Assembly (NCBI GenBank): GCA_900316175.1
Contig: ONCB01000001.1
Span: 1-46,940, forward strand
Direction of reading: 5' to 3'
DNA length: 46,940 nucleotides
Origin: an uncultured Succinatimonas sp.
GTDB lineage: Bacteria; Pseudomonadota; Gammaproteobacteria; Enterobacterales; Succinivibrionaceae
In this document: positions 37,821 through 46,940 of the stretch, in pieces
Layout of the letters: every line of letters starts with the position of its first letter
How positions within the stretch are numbered: the stretch's first letter is position 1
Position numbers and translations under genes: made by a program
Notes under the pieces: model-generated
The model's input: only the letters and a program-made list of their open reading frames with translations
Databases searched by the model: none
Told to the model about the DNA's origin: nothing

Positions 37821-38810
37821 TTACATAGTTGTATCTAAATCTGATGGAGGCCAGTTCTCTAAACGCATGCCTAAAGATAAGCCACGCTCAGCTAAGACAT
37901 CCTTAATCTCGGTTAATGACTTCTTACCTAAGTTAGGAGTCTTTAACAGCTCAACTTCAGTCTTCTGAACAAGGTCACCAATGTACTTGATGCCTTCGGT
38001 CTTCAGACAGTTTGCTGAACGTACAGTAAGCTCTAAATCCTCAACAGGACAAATGAGCTTAGGATCGATGAGAGGACGGAATGTTGCATCCTCAGCTGGA
38101 GCTACAGAATTTCTGATATCAACAAATGAATTTAACTGATCTGCAAAGATGGTAGCTGCAATGCGAACTGCCTGATTTGGATCAATAGTACCATTAGTTT
38201 CAATATCTAAAATTAACTGCTCCTGCTCGTTACCAATGTCTGCAGTATGAACAGCAACATTTAAAACTGGGCAGTATGAAGCATCGATTAACAGACGACC
38301 GATGAAACTATCATCTGAACCTTCAACATATGGACGGCTAACAGTTGGAACATAACCGCGACCACGTGAAACATAAAGACTCATATTGAGTTCTTTATTG
38401 TCATCAGTTAAGTGACAGATAATCTGCTCAGGATTGCGGATTTCAATACCCTGTGGGCACTGAATATCTGCAGCGGTAACAGGACCGATTCCCTTCTTTC
38501 TGATATGAAGAACAGGATCGTCCCTTAATGATCCTTCAGAAGCAACAGCAACTTCTTTGAGATTTAAGAGAATAAGAAGAATATCTTCTTGGATGCCTTC
38601 TACTGCACTGTATTCATGCACTACACCATCAATCTCCGCTTCGGTGATGGCATATCCAGGAATAGAGGACAGCATAATACGACGGAGTGCTGTGCCTACA
38701 ATCTGAGCATAGTTACGCTCAAATGGCTCAAGAATTACACGGCTAACGTTATGAGAAAGCTCGGTAACATCCTTAATATTTGGCTTAATAGAATCAATGA
38801 TCTGATCCAA
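37821..38810 (-). CDS. rpoA: RNA polymerase subunit alpha, copy 2 (predicted beta-binding, alphaI-type)
   Basis: 329 aa. [42 protein letters not shown] and a full CTD. TTG start with GAGGG SD. Confidence 0.96.
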   Translation of the reverse strand: MDQIIDSIKPNIKDVTELSHNVSRVILEPFERNYAQIVGTALRRIMLSSIPGYAITEAEIDGVVHEYSAVEGIQEDILLILLNLKEVAVASEGSLRDDPVLHIRKKGIGPVTAADIQCPQGIEIRNPEQIICHLTDDNKELNMSLYVSRGRGYVPTVSRPYVEGSDDSFIGRLLIDASYCPVLNVAVHTADIGNEQEQLILDIETNGTIDPNQAVRIAATIFADQLNSFVDIRNSVAPAEDATFRPLIDPKLICPVEDLELTVRSANCLKTEGIKYIGDLVQKTEVELLKTPNLGKKSLTEIKDVLAERGLSLGMRLENWPPSDLDTTM

Positions 38811-38856
38811 GGTATCACCCTCGTTTTTAGTACAGTTAGTAAGCTAGAATTCTGTA

Positions 38857-38875
38857 AGGGCGCATATAGCGCCCT
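38857..38875 (-). other. GC hairpin after rplQ with only a vestigial U-tract
   Basis: Minus strand AGGGCGC-tatat-GCGCCCT followed by TACAG. Confidence 0.6.
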
Positions 38876-38881
38876 CAAGCA

Positions 38882-39277
38882 TTATTCAGCTGCCTTTGAG
38901 TCAGACTCTTCAGCAACTTCTGGACGGTCGGTTAACATGATGTAAGCTACTGGAGCTGCATCATTTGCGCGTAAACCAGCCTTTAAGATACGGGTGTAGC
39001 CGCCGTTACGGTTAGCTGAAAGCTTGCCGATAACGTTGAATAACTTAGCAACAACAGCTTCATCCTGAAGACGTGCAAATGCTAAGCGACGGTTTGCAAC
39101 AGTATCAACCTTAGCCAAGGTGATTAAAGGCTCAACGAAGCGACGTAACTCTTTTGCCTTTGGCACAGTAGTCTTGATTACTTCGAAGGTTAATAAAGCC
39201 TTAGCCAGGTTACGGTATAAAGCAGCACGGTGAGCTGCAGTACGACCTAAATGACGACCACTTGTACGATGTCTCAT
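38882..39277 (-). CDS. rplQ: 50S ribosomal protein L17
   Basis: [25 protein letters not shown]. Confidence 0.99.
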   Translation of the reverse strand: MRHRTSGRHLGRTAAHRAALYRNLAKALLTFEVIKTTVPKAKELRRFVEPLITLAKVDTVANRRLAFARLQDEAVVAKLFNVIGKLSANRNGGYTRILKAGLRANDAAPVAYIMLTDRPEVAEESDSKAAE

Positions 39278-39298
39278 TTTTTAATTCCTTCAATACAA

Positions 39299-40291
39299 TT
39301 ATTTATTTGGCACACGAAGTCCTGGTGGAGGCCAGTTGGCCACACGCATACCTAATGACAGATTACGCTGAGCAAGAATATCCTTAATTTCAGTTAAAGA
39401 TTTCTTACCGAGGTTAGGTGTCTTAAGTAACTCAACTTCAGTTCTTTGTACCAAATCGCCGATGTAAATGATTGACTCCGCTTTCAGACAGTTTGCAGAA
39501 CGAACAGTTAATTCTAAATCGTCTACTAACTGCATTAAAACAGGATCAGGCATTGGAGGAGCGACAGGAGCAATTACTCGCTCACTGATCTCTTCCTTAT
39601 CAATGATGTTATCAATGCTGCCACAAATCATGTTAGAAGCATTCATCAGAGCAACTTCAGGAGCTACTGTTCCATCAGTTTCTAAGTTGATTACTAATCT
39701 ATCTAAATCTGTACGCTGCTCAACACGTGCTGACTCTACTTCGTAGACATAGCGACGGATTGGGCTGTAGTTTGCATCGATAAGAACAACATCCTCAGAA
39801 TCTGCAGGTAAATGCTTTTCTGAAGTTGTCATTACGTAACCCTGACCTGAAGTTACGCGAAGTTTCATCGACAACGAAGCCTTGGCACCTTTTAGAGTGC
39901 AAATACGAGCTTCAGGGTCAACAAAAGATATAAAATCTGGACAGGTGATATCAGAAGCGTGAACTTCACCTTCACCACGTCTTTCAATTGTTAACCAAAC
40001 AGGCTCTTTAAGAGGCTCTTCAGTTCTGATACCAAGTGATTTTAAATTAATAACCACATCGAACAGATTCTCAACGAGATCACTCTTTGAGCTGTTAATA
40101 TCCTTTACGCCCGCCATCTGGAACGCATCAATTGCGTTACCAGACAGGGTCTTTAGTAAAATTCCACTTAAAGCTACGCCCAAAGTATAACCGAAACCAC
40201 GCTCCAATGGCTCAAGCACTAAACGTGCATGATTTGGACTAACTTCGGTATAGTCAACAGGCTTTGGCTTTAGCAGTTCAACAACAGACAC
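39299..40291 (-). CDS. rpoA: RNA polymerase subunit alpha, copy 1 (predicted beta'-binding, alphaII-type)
   Basis: 330 aa from GTG 40291 (GGGG SD). [23 protein letters not shown] and a full CTD, in the canonical rpsD-rpoA-rplQ position. Confidence 0.96.
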   Translation of the reverse strand: MSVVELLKPKPVDYTEVSPNHARLVLEPLERGFGYTLGVALSGILLKTLSGNAIDAFQMAGVKDINSSKSDLVENLFDVVINLKSLGIRTEEPLKEPVWLTIERRGEGEVHASDITCPDFISFVDPEARICTLKGAKASLSMKLRVTSGQGYVMTTSEKHLPADSEDVVLIDANYSPIRRYVYEVESARVEQRTDLDRLVINLETDGTVAPEVALMNASNMICGSIDNIIDKEEISERVIAPVAPPMPDPVLMQLVDDLELTVRSANCLKAESIIYIGDLVQRTEVELLKTPNLGKKSLTEIKDILAQRNLSLGMRVANWPPPGLRVPNK

Positions 40292-40338
40292 TAGAGATAC
40301 CCCACAATAATAAAGCGGTGCTGGCAATGTTGCCTATA

Positions 40339-40962
40339 TTACTTAGAATACAATTCGACGATGAGCGCTTCCTTAATATCAGAAGGTAGCTCAGCACGTT
40401 CAGGATTGTTCTTATAAGTACCCTTCATATGATCGTGATCAACATCGATCCATGTTGGCTTAAGAGCACGCTGACCGGATAAGTCGATTGCTGCCTTAAT
40501 ACGTAACTGCTTCTTTGCCTTTTCGCGAACAGCAATAACGTCTGAAGGCTGAACCTGGTAAGAAGGAATGTTTACGATCTTATCGTTAACAGTAATTGCC
40601 TTGTGGCTTACCAACTGACGAGCTTCCATACGGGTTGAACCAAAACCCATACGATAAACTACGTTGTCCAGACGAGCCTCAAGAAGCTGTAACAGGATTT
40701 CGCCGGTGTTACCCTGCATTCTTGATGCTTTCTTGTAATAGTTACGGAACTGACGCTCGAGAACGCCGTAAATACGACGAACCTTCTGCTTCTCACGTAA
40801 CTGCATGCCGTAATCTGACAGGCGAGGCTTGTTTGCGCCATGCTGACCAGGAGCAGTTTCTAACTTGCACTTGTCCTCAATTGCGCGAACGCCTGACTTT
40901 AAGAATAAGTCAACACCCTCACGGCGGCTTAATTTCAGGGCTGGACCTGTATATTTTGCCAT
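40339..40962 (-). CDS. rpsD: 30S ribosomal protein S4
   Basis: [30 protein letters not shown]. Confidence 0.99.
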   Translation of the reverse strand: MAKYTGPALKLSRREGVDLFLKSGVRAIEDKCKLETAPGQHGANKPRLSDYGMQLREKQKVRRIYGVLERQFRNYYKKASRMQGNTGEILLQLLEARLDNVVYRMGFGSTRMEARQLVSHKAITVNDKIVNIPSYQVQPSDVIAVREKAKKQLRIKAAIDLSGQRALKPTWIDVDHDHMKGTYKNNPERAELPSDIKEALIVELYSK

Positions 40963-40990
40963 TTATCTTTCTCCAAAACTTGAACTAGGG

Positions 40991-41410
40991 TTATACGCGA
41001 CGCTTCTTAGGTGGGCGACAACCGTTATGAGGGATAGGGGTAACATCAGTGATGTTAGTGATCTTGTAACCCTGAGCATTTAATGCACGGATTGAAGACT
41101 CACGACCAGGACCTGGGCCCTTAACCAACACTTCAAGATTCTTTACACCATATTCTTTAGCAGCTTCACCTGCACGCTCAGCAGCAACCTGTGCAGCGTA
41201 TGGGGTTGACTTACGTGAACCACGGAAGCCTGAACCACCAGATGTTGCCCATGATAAAACGTTACCCTGACGATCAGAGATAGTTACAATGGTGTTATTG
41301 AAAGATGCATGGATGTGTGCAACACCGTCAGCAACCTGCTTCTTTGAGCGCTTGCCAGAACGGGTGCGTGATGCAGCTGACTGCTGCTCTTTCTTGATTT
41401 CTTCTGCCAT
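40991..41410 (-). CDS. rpsK: 30S ribosomal protein S11
   Basis: [30 protein letters not shown]. Confidence 0.99.
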   Translation of the reverse strand: MAEEIKKEQQSAASRTRSGKRSKKQVADGVAHIHASFNNTIVTISDRQGNVLSWATSGGSGFRGSRKSTPYAAQVAAERAGEAAKEYGVKNLEVLVKGPGPGRESSIRALNAQGYKITNITDVTPIPHNGCRPPKKRRV

Positions 41411-41420
41411 CTAAGCTCTC

Positions 41421-41777
41421 CTACTTCTTGATGCTCTTACGTGGACCCTTACGAGTACGTGCATTAGTCTTAGTACGCTGACCACGTACAGGAAGACCTC
41501 TGCGGTGACGTAAACCACGATAAGTACCTAAGTCCATTAGGCGCTTGATGTTCATTGAAATTTCACGGCGAAGGTCACCTTCAACGGTGAACTTTGCTAC
41601 TTCGGCACGAACCTTATCTACTGTGTTCTCGTCTAAATCTTTGAACTTAGCAGACTGGTCAACACCTGCTGCAGCTAAAATTTCAGCTGCACGAGTTGGG
41701 CCGATGCCATAAATTGACTGCAGAGCAATCACGGCAATCTTTTGATCAGGCACATTGATGCCAGCTATACGGGCCAC
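41421..41777 (-). CDS. rpsM: 30S ribosomal protein S13
   Basis: GTG start, [22 protein letters not shown]. Confidence 0.99.
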   Translation of the reverse strand: MARIAGINVPDQKIAVIALQSIYGIGPTRAAEILAAAGVDQSAKFKDLDENTVDKVRAEVAKFTVEGDLRREISMNIKRLMDLGTYRGLRHRRGLPVRGQRTKTNARTRKGPRKSIKK

Positions 41778-41850
41778 TATTGATCTCCTAAATATAGGTC
41801 GGTTTAAAACATGGTTATCGCAAAGCCCGTTAGGATACGCGATAACCCCT
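41758..41850 (-). promoter_or_regulatory. Alpha-operon leader (S4-binding pseudoknot, Alpha_RBS-like)
   Basis: GGTTATCGC/GCGATAACC stem enclosing GTATCCTAACGGGCTTT. ACGGGC can pair with GCCCGT after the rpsM GTG, as in the E. coli alpha leader. Confidence 0.8.
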
Positions 41851-41918
41851 TATAGTGCACTTTGGCATTGTCAGAAAAGCACAAAGACTCTCATCCTTGT
41901 GCTTTTTCAAGCTGTATG

Positions 41919-41947
41919 ATTATACAGATTTTAATTCAAATGTGCAA
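41919..41947 (-). promoter_or_regulatory. Sigma70 promoter of the alpha operon
   Basis: Minus strand TTGCAC-N17-TATAAT between rpmJ and rpsM. Confidence 0.7.
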
Positions 41948-41973
41948 ATTATTTTTACACATCTGAACAAGCA

Positions 41974-42087
41974 TTAGCCCTGACGCTGCTTATGCTTTGG
42001 ATTCTCACAGATAATACGTACTACACCGTGACGACGAACTACTTTGCAGTTGCGGCAGATTTTTTTAACTGAAGCACCAACTTTCAT
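41974..42087 (-). CDS. rpmJ: 50S ribosomal protein L36 (zinc-ribbon type), not in the ORF track
   Basis: Manual translation: [37 protein letters not shown]; GGAG SD. Confidence 0.97.
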   Translation of the reverse strand: MKVGASVKKICRNCKVVRRHGVVRIICENPKHKQRQG

Positions 42088-42108
42088 TTCTAATCTCCAA
42101 TTAGATGA

Positions 42109-43467
42109 TTATCGACCATAATTCTTTAAGTTTGCCTTTCTCATGATATCACCGTACTGGCTGTTCATCATGTGACTCTGAAGCTGAGCTACGAAGTCCA
42201 TTGAAACCACTACGATAATCAGTAAGGATGTACCACCGAAATAGAACTGAACGTTAAACCAGTTCATAAGTAACTGTGGAATCAGACATACTAATACCAT
42301 GTAGATAGAACCACCTAAAGTTAAGCGGGTCATTACCTTATCGATGAATCTTGCTGTCTGTTCACCAGGACGAATACCTGGAATGAATGCATTGCCTCTC
42401 TTTAAGTTGTCTGCCATCTCGCGAGGATTGAAAACCATAGCGGTATAGAAGAAAGTAAAGAACACAATTGCAGCTGCATACAGCAGTTCATACAGAGGCT
42501 GGCCAGGAGAAACAAATAAAGCAATCTGCTGAAGAACTTCTTCTACAGTAGAAGCCTCTTTGCCCTGAGGACCGCCAATCATAGTCAAAATTGTACCAGG
42601 GAACAGAATTATTGACGAAGCAAAAATTGCTGGAATAACACCTGATAAATTGATCTTTAATGGTAAATGAGAGCGTGGCTGAGAGTAAATTCTATTACCT
42701 ACCTGACGCTTAGCATATTCGATAACAATCTTACGCTGACCGCGCTCAACGAAAACCACGAAGAAGGTCACAAGGACAACAACTACACCAATAATCAGTA
42801 ATGCGATAGTTGAAAGATCACCCTGACGTGTCTGTTCGAAGGTTCTAGCAAGTGCTGATGGCAGACCTGCTACGATACCAGCGAAAATGATAAGGGAAAT
42901 ACCATTACCAATTCCACGCTCAGTAATCTGTTCACCTAACCACATCAACAGCATGGTACCAGTTACAAGACAGATGGTAGTTACAAAGTAAAAACCAAAA
43001 CCAGGATTAGCAACTAATCCTTGAATCATGCTTGGGATACCTGTTGCTACACCAACAGCCTGAACTGTAGCCAGAACTAGAGTTGCATATCTGGTGTACT
43101 GTGTAATCTTACGGCGACCTGACTCACCCTCTTTCTTGAGCTCAGACAGATTTTTGTTAATTACACAAAGCAGCTGGATAATAATTGATGCAGAAATATA
43201 TGGCATAATACCTAATGCTAATACAGATGCACGCTCAAGAGCACCACCTGAAAACATATTGAACATGCCAATAATGGTATCTTTGCTACTGTCGAATGTC
43301 TGCTGAAGCGCGCTAACATCTACACCAGGAACAGGAACGTATGATCCCAGACGAAACATGATTAAAGCTATAACAACAAACATAAGACGCTGACGAATTT
43401 CGCCAGTGCCTTTATTCTGCTGTTCAGCTAACTCACGACTTCTATCAAATAGCGACTTTCTAGCCAT
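42109..43467 (-). CDS. secY: Protein translocase SecY
   Basis: [44 protein letters not shown]. Confidence 0.99.
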   Translation of the reverse strand: MARKSLFDRSRELAEQQNKGTGEIRQRLMFVVIALIMFRLGSYVPVPGVDVSALQQTFDSSKDTIIGMFNMFSGGALERASVLALGIMPYISASIIIQLLCVINKNLSELKKEGESGRRKITQYTRYATLVLATVQAVGVATGIPSMIQGLVANPGFGFYFVTTICLVTGTMLLMWLGEQITERGIGNGISLIIFAGIVAGLPSALARTFEQTRQGDLSTIALLIIGVVVVLVTFFVVFVERGQRKIVIEYAKRQVGNRIYSQPRSHLPLKINLSGVIPAIFASSIILFPGTILTMIGGPQGKEASTVEEVLQQIALFVSPGQPLYELLYAAAIVFFTFFYTAMVFNPREMADNLKRGNAFIPGIRPGEQTARFIDKVMTRLTLGGSIYMVLVCLIPQLLMNWFNVQFYFGGTSLLIIVVVSMDFVAQLQSHMMNSQYGDIMRKANLKNYGR

Positions 43468-43509
43468 GCAAACCTCTTTAAAGGGGGCTTTTGCCCCCCT
43501 TGTTATTTA

Positions 43510-44109
43510 TTAAGCTCTAGCAGTTTTCTTAGCTGCTTTCTGCTCGGCAGTCTTCTTAGCAGGTTTCTGGATACCAACTGCTGCGAGATTGTCTAAGCGA
43601 GCCTTCTGCTTAGCAGCTGACTTCTCTTTAGACTTCTGTAAACGAGCCTGTGCATCGGTTACATAATCTGCAACTTCAACGGTACCGCCAGCTGCCTCAA
43701 TAGCAGCCTTAGCACCCTTGGTAACACCTAAACCCTTTAAGGTGATCTTCTTGGTGAAGTTTGGAACGCGTGATAAAACAACCTTCACAAACTTAACACG
43801 CTTGTTGATGAGACGTGCAGCTAATAAAGCTTCCATATCAACAACATCACCTTCGATACGATTTAAATCGTTTAAGGTAACTTCAGTAGTTACATATGCC
43901 TTAGGAGACCAGAAACCAAACTTTGGTAAACGGATCTTCATTGGCATCTGACCGCCTTCGAAGCCTGGACGCTTGTGGGCACTCTTACGTGCACCAGCAC
44001 CCTTAACACCACGGCCACAGGTCTTGCCTAAGCCTGAACCGCAGCCACGGCCTACGCGAACAGCTGCTTTACGTGAGCCCTCTGCAGGCTTTAAAGTATC
44101 TAGACGCAT
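43510..44109 (-). CDS. rplO: 50S ribosomal protein L15 with C-terminal extension
   Basis: [29 protein letters not shown], then about 50 extra residues. Confidence 0.97.
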   Translation of the reverse strand: MRLDTLKPAEGSRKAAVRVGRGCGSGLGKTCGRGVKGAGARKSAHKRPGFEGGQMPMKIRLPKFGFWSPKAYVTTEVTLNDLNRIEGDVVDMEALLAARLINKRVKFVKVVLSRVPNFTKKITLKGLGVTKGAKAAIEAAGGTVEVADYVTDAQARLQKSKEKSAAKQKARLDNLAAVGIQKPAKKTAEQKAAKKTARA

Positions 44110-44113
44110 TATC

Positions 44114-44299
44114 TTACTCCTCTACCTTTAACAGATAGCTTACCTTGTTAATCATACCGCGAACTGAAGGAGTATCCTCGAGCTCAACAGTGTGACGAAT
44201 ACGGCGTAAGCCTAAACCCTTAACGGTAGCGATGTGCTTTGGCTGACGACCAATAGTGCTCTTAATCAGAGTAACTTTAACGGTTTTCTTTTCTGCCAT
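44114..44299 (-). CDS. rpmD: 50S ribosomal protein L30
   Basis: [20 protein letters not shown]. Confidence 0.98.
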   Translation of the reverse strand: MAEKKTVKVTLIKSTIGRQPKHIATVKGLGLRRIRHTVELEDTPSVRGMINKVSYLLKVEE

Positions 44300-44302
44300 T
44301 TT

Positions 44303-44809
44303 TTACTCCAAAATTTCCTTCACTGATAAGCCACGCTTTGCAGCGATTGACTCAGGAGTACGCATTGAAGCTAAAGCTGCAACAGTAGCGCGAACTACGT
44401 TAATTGGGTTGGTTGAACCATAAGCCTTAGCTAACACGTTACGAACACCAGCAACCTCTAAAACGGCACGCATAGCACCGCCAGCAATAATACCGGTACC
44501 TTCTGAAGCAGGCTGCATGTAAACCATTGAGCCTGAGTGCTCGCCCTTAACAGCGTGGAATAAGGTTCCATTGTTAAGAGTGATATTATTGTTAACGTTA
44601 CGACGAGCCTGCTCAATTGCCTTCTGAATAGCAGCTGGAACTTCGCCTGCCTTGCCATAACCATAACCTACACGGCCGTTACCATCACCAACTACAGTCA
44701 GAGCGGTGAATGAGAAAATACGACCACCTTTTACTACTTTAGCTACGCGATTAACAGCGACTAACTTCTCTTGTAATTCGCCAGCTTGAGTTTCATCTTT
44801 GTGCTGCAT
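44303..44809 (-). CDS. rpsE: 30S ribosomal protein S5
   Basis: [27 protein letters not shown]. Confidence 0.99.
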   Translation of the reverse strand: MQHKDETQAGELQEKLVAVNRVAKVVKGGRIFSFTALTVVGDGNGRVGYGYGKAGEVPAAIQKAIEQARRNVNNNITLNNGTLFHAVKGEHSGSMVYMQPASEGTGIIAGGAMRAVLEVAGVRNVLAKAYGSTNPINVVRATVAALASMRTPESIAAKRGLSVKEILE

Positions 44810-44818
44810 TTCACACTC

Positions 44819-45172
44819 CTAGAACTTAAGGCCGGCTTCACGAGCTGCGTCAGCTAATGCTGCTACACGACCGTGATACTGATAGCCTGATCTGTCAAAA
44901 GCTACGGTTTCAACCTTAGCTGCAATTGCACGCTCTGCAACAGCTTTACCAACTACCTTGGCTGCTTCTACGTTGCCGGTGCTCTTAAGATCCTTAACAA
45001 GATCTTTATCTAAAGTGCTAGCTGAAGCTAAAACACGGTTATCATTGCTGATAATCTGAGCATAGATGTGACGTGGAGTACGGGTAACAACTAAACGGGT
45101 TACACCTAACTCGCGCATCTTTGCACGAGACTTAGTAGCGCGGCGAATGCGAGCTATTTTCTTTTCGAACAT
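44819..45172 (-). CDS. rplR: 50S ribosomal protein L18
   Basis: [27 protein letters not shown]. Confidence 0.99.
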   Translation of the reverse strand: MFEKKIARIRRATKSRAKMRELGVTRLVVTRTPRHIYAQIISNDNRVLASASTLDKDLVKDLKSTGNVEAAKVVGKAVAERAIAAKVETVAFDRSGYQYHGRVAALADAAREAGLKF

Positions 45173-45186
45173 ATTATGCCACCCTA

Positions 45187-45720
45187 TTATTTCTTCTTAG
45201 CTTCTTTAATGTGGATAACTTCGTCTGCATAACGAACGCCCTTGCCCTTATATGGCTCTGGAGCACGGAATGCGCGAACCTTAGCTGCAACCTGGCCTAA
45301 TAAAGCCTTATCGAAGCTCTTTAACACAACTTCAGTCTGTGAAGGAACTTCAGCGGTTACACCCTTTGGTAACTCGAAGTCGATTGGGTGTGAATAACCT
45401 AAAACAAGGTTTAAAACATTACCCTTAACAGCTGCACGGTAACCAACACCTACTAACTTCATAGCCTTTACGAAGCCCTTGTCTAAGCCAACAACATAGT
45501 TGTTTAACAGAGCACGGGTGGTACCTGACTGCATATTAGCTTCTTTAGACTCATCTTTAACAGCAACCTTTAAAGCGCCATTGTCGAGAGTTACAGAAAC
45601 TAATGGATGTACATTTAAGCTCATCTCGCCTGACTTAGACTTGATGGTAACTTTCTGGCCGTCGATAGCAACTTCGACGCCCTGAGGAACTACTACAGGT
45701 TCCTTAGCAATACGTGACAT
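45187..45720 (-). CDS. rplF: 50S ribosomal protein L6
   Basis: [23 protein letters not shown]. Confidence 0.99.
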   Translation of the reverse strand: MSRIAKEPVVVPQGVEVAIDGQKVTIKSKSGEMSLNVHPLVSVTLDNGALKVAVKDESKEANMQSGTTRALLNNYVVGLDKGFVKAMKLVGVGYRAAVKGNVLNLVLGYSHPIDFELPKGVTAEVPSQTEVVLKSFDKALLGQVAAKVRAFRAPEPYKGKGVRYADEVIHIKEAKKK

Positions 45721-45731
45721 GTTGCCTCCTA

Positions 45732-46121
45732 TTATGCGACGTAGCAGATAACTTCGCCGCCCAGGCCGTCCTTACGGGCAGCACGATCGGTCATTAAGCC
45801 TTTTGAAGTAGAGATAACAGCGATACCTAAACCATTCATGATCTTTGGTAACTCATTGCTTCTCTTGTAGATACGAAGACCAGGACGTGAAACACGCTGG
45901 ATTAACTCGATAACTGGAGCACCTTCGTAGTACTTAAGGCCAATTTCTAAAACTTTCTTAACGTCACCGTTCTCTGAAACAGAGGCAATGTAACCTTCCT
46001 TTAATAAAAGGTTAGCAATAGCTACCTTTAACTTTGATGAAGGTAATGAAACGGAAACTTTGCCAGATGCCTGGCCGTTGCGAATGCGGGTTAATAAATC
46101 CGCAATAGGATCTTGCATCAT
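45732..46121 (-). CDS. rpsH: 30S ribosomal protein S8
   Basis: [25 protein letters not shown]. Confidence 0.99.
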   Translation of the reverse strand: MMQDPIADLLTRIRNGQASGKVSVSLPSSKLKVAIANLLLKEGYIASVSENGDVKKVLEIGLKYYEGAPVIELIQRVSRPGLRIYKRSNELPKIMNGLGIAVISTSKGLMTDRAARKDGLGGEVICYVA

Positions 46122-46135
46122 TTGTATCTCTCCTC

Positions 46136-46441
46136 TTACCAGCTAGCCTTGTGCAGACCAGGGATTTCGCCACGCATCATGTGCTCACGCAGCTTGATAC
46201 GGCATAAGCCGAACTTACGTAAGTAACCATGTGGACGACCAGTCTCACTGCAGCGATTGCGCTGACGTGAAGGGCTTGAATCGCGAGGCAGAGCAGCTAA
46301 TGCCTGAACTGCAGCGAAACGCTCTTCATCAGAAGCAGATACGCTAGAAATAATCTTTTTGAGATCTGCACGCTTTGCTGCATACTTCTCAGCTAAACGC
46401 TTTCTCTTGAGATCTCTGTAAATCATTGAAGTCTTTGCCAT
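46136..46441 (-). CDS. rpsN: 30S ribosomal protein S14 (long, zinc-independent type)
   Basis: 101 aa, [29 protein letters not shown]. Confidence 0.99.
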   Translation of the reverse strand: MAKTSMIYRDLKRKRLAEKYAAKRADLKKIISSVSASDEERFAAVQALAALPRDSSPSRQRNRCSETGRPHGYLRKFGLCRIKLREHMMRGEIPGLHKASW

Positions 46442-46456
46442 TAGTTCGTCCTCGAA

Positions 46457-46940
46457 TTACTTGTTGGCCTGAGTACGGAATGGGAAGTTGAATGCCTCAA
46501 GAAGTGCTCTGCCTTCTTCATCGGTCTTAGCAGTGGTGGTGATAGTAATATCTAAACCACGAACAGCATCAACTTTATCGAAATCGATCTCAGGGAAAAT
46601 GATCTGCTCACGTACGCCCATTGAGTAATTTCCTCTGCCGTCGAAAGACTTAGCAGATAAACCACGGAAATCACGGATACGTGGAATTGCAATCACAATT
46701 AAACGCTCGAGGAACTCCCACATACGCTCACCGCGCAGGGTAACTTTACAGCCGATTGGATAGCCCTCACGAATATGGAAGCCCGCTACAGATTTACGAA
46801 CTTTGGTGATCAGTGGCTTCTGACCTGCAATAGCGGTCATATCGCGTGCAGCATTCTCTAAAACTTTCTTGTCTGCAACTGCTTCACCAACACCCATATT
46901 CAGGGTGATCTTCTCAATCCGAGGGACTTGCATGATTGTC
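46457..46940 (-). CDS. rplE: 50S ribosomal protein L5 (5'-truncated by the window edge)
   Basis: [26 protein letters not shown]. Confidence 0.98.
   Translation of the reverse strand, partial: TIMQVPRIEKITLNMGVGEAVADKKVLENAARDMTAIAGQKPLITKVRKSVAGFHIREGYPIGCKVTLRGERMWEFLERLIVIAIPRIRDFRGLSAKSFDGRGNYSMGVREQIIFPEIDFDKVDAVRGLDITITTTAKTDEEGRALLEAFNFPFRTQANK

Noticed and set aside
37821-40291. Second rpoA as an assembly duplication or pseudogene
   Set aside because: The copies differ throughout at the DNA level, both ORFs are full length with SD sequences, and their motif losses are complementary rather than random.
41891-41900. CsrA-like site ACAAGGATG in the alpha leader
   Set aside because: The GGA is buried in a stem and far from the SD, and it is a single short match.

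Overview
AT-rich gammaproteobacterial core-genome window. Gene order and protein style suggest Aeromonadales, probably Succinivibrionaceae (inference). In window order it holds csrA, alaS, recX, recA, mutS, rpoS, nlpD, yqaA, ispF, ispD, ftsB, pyrG, relA, rlmD, recO, era, rnc, lepB, lepA, rseB, rseA, rpoE, nadB, mscK, a ferredoxin, a yggS-proC fusion, yggT, parC, an L,D-transpeptidase-family gene, a probable HI1450/YciU DNA mimic and a flavin reductase-like gene, then the alpha and distal spc ribosomal operons. I found no mobile element, CRISPR array, tRNA or rRNA. The standout is an alpha operon with TWO full-length RNA polymerase alpha genes (rpsD-rpoA1-rplQ-rpoA2) that have degenerated reciprocally. 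rpoA1 has lost the beta-binding determinants (R45, HEYS, EDILE) but keeps the beta'-binding R191 loop. rpoA2 keeps the beta determinants but has lost that loop. Both C-terminal domains are intact. This predicts an obligate, oriented alphaI/alphaII heterodimeric RNAP. Secondary points: an in-frame YggS-ProC fusion, a degenerate CsrA with barA missing from its usual site, an L15 with a basic tail of about 50 aa, a LexA-like box over the alpha-operon promoter while recA has none, and several clean gene excisions (eno, pdxJ-acpS, truD-surE-pcm, rseC).
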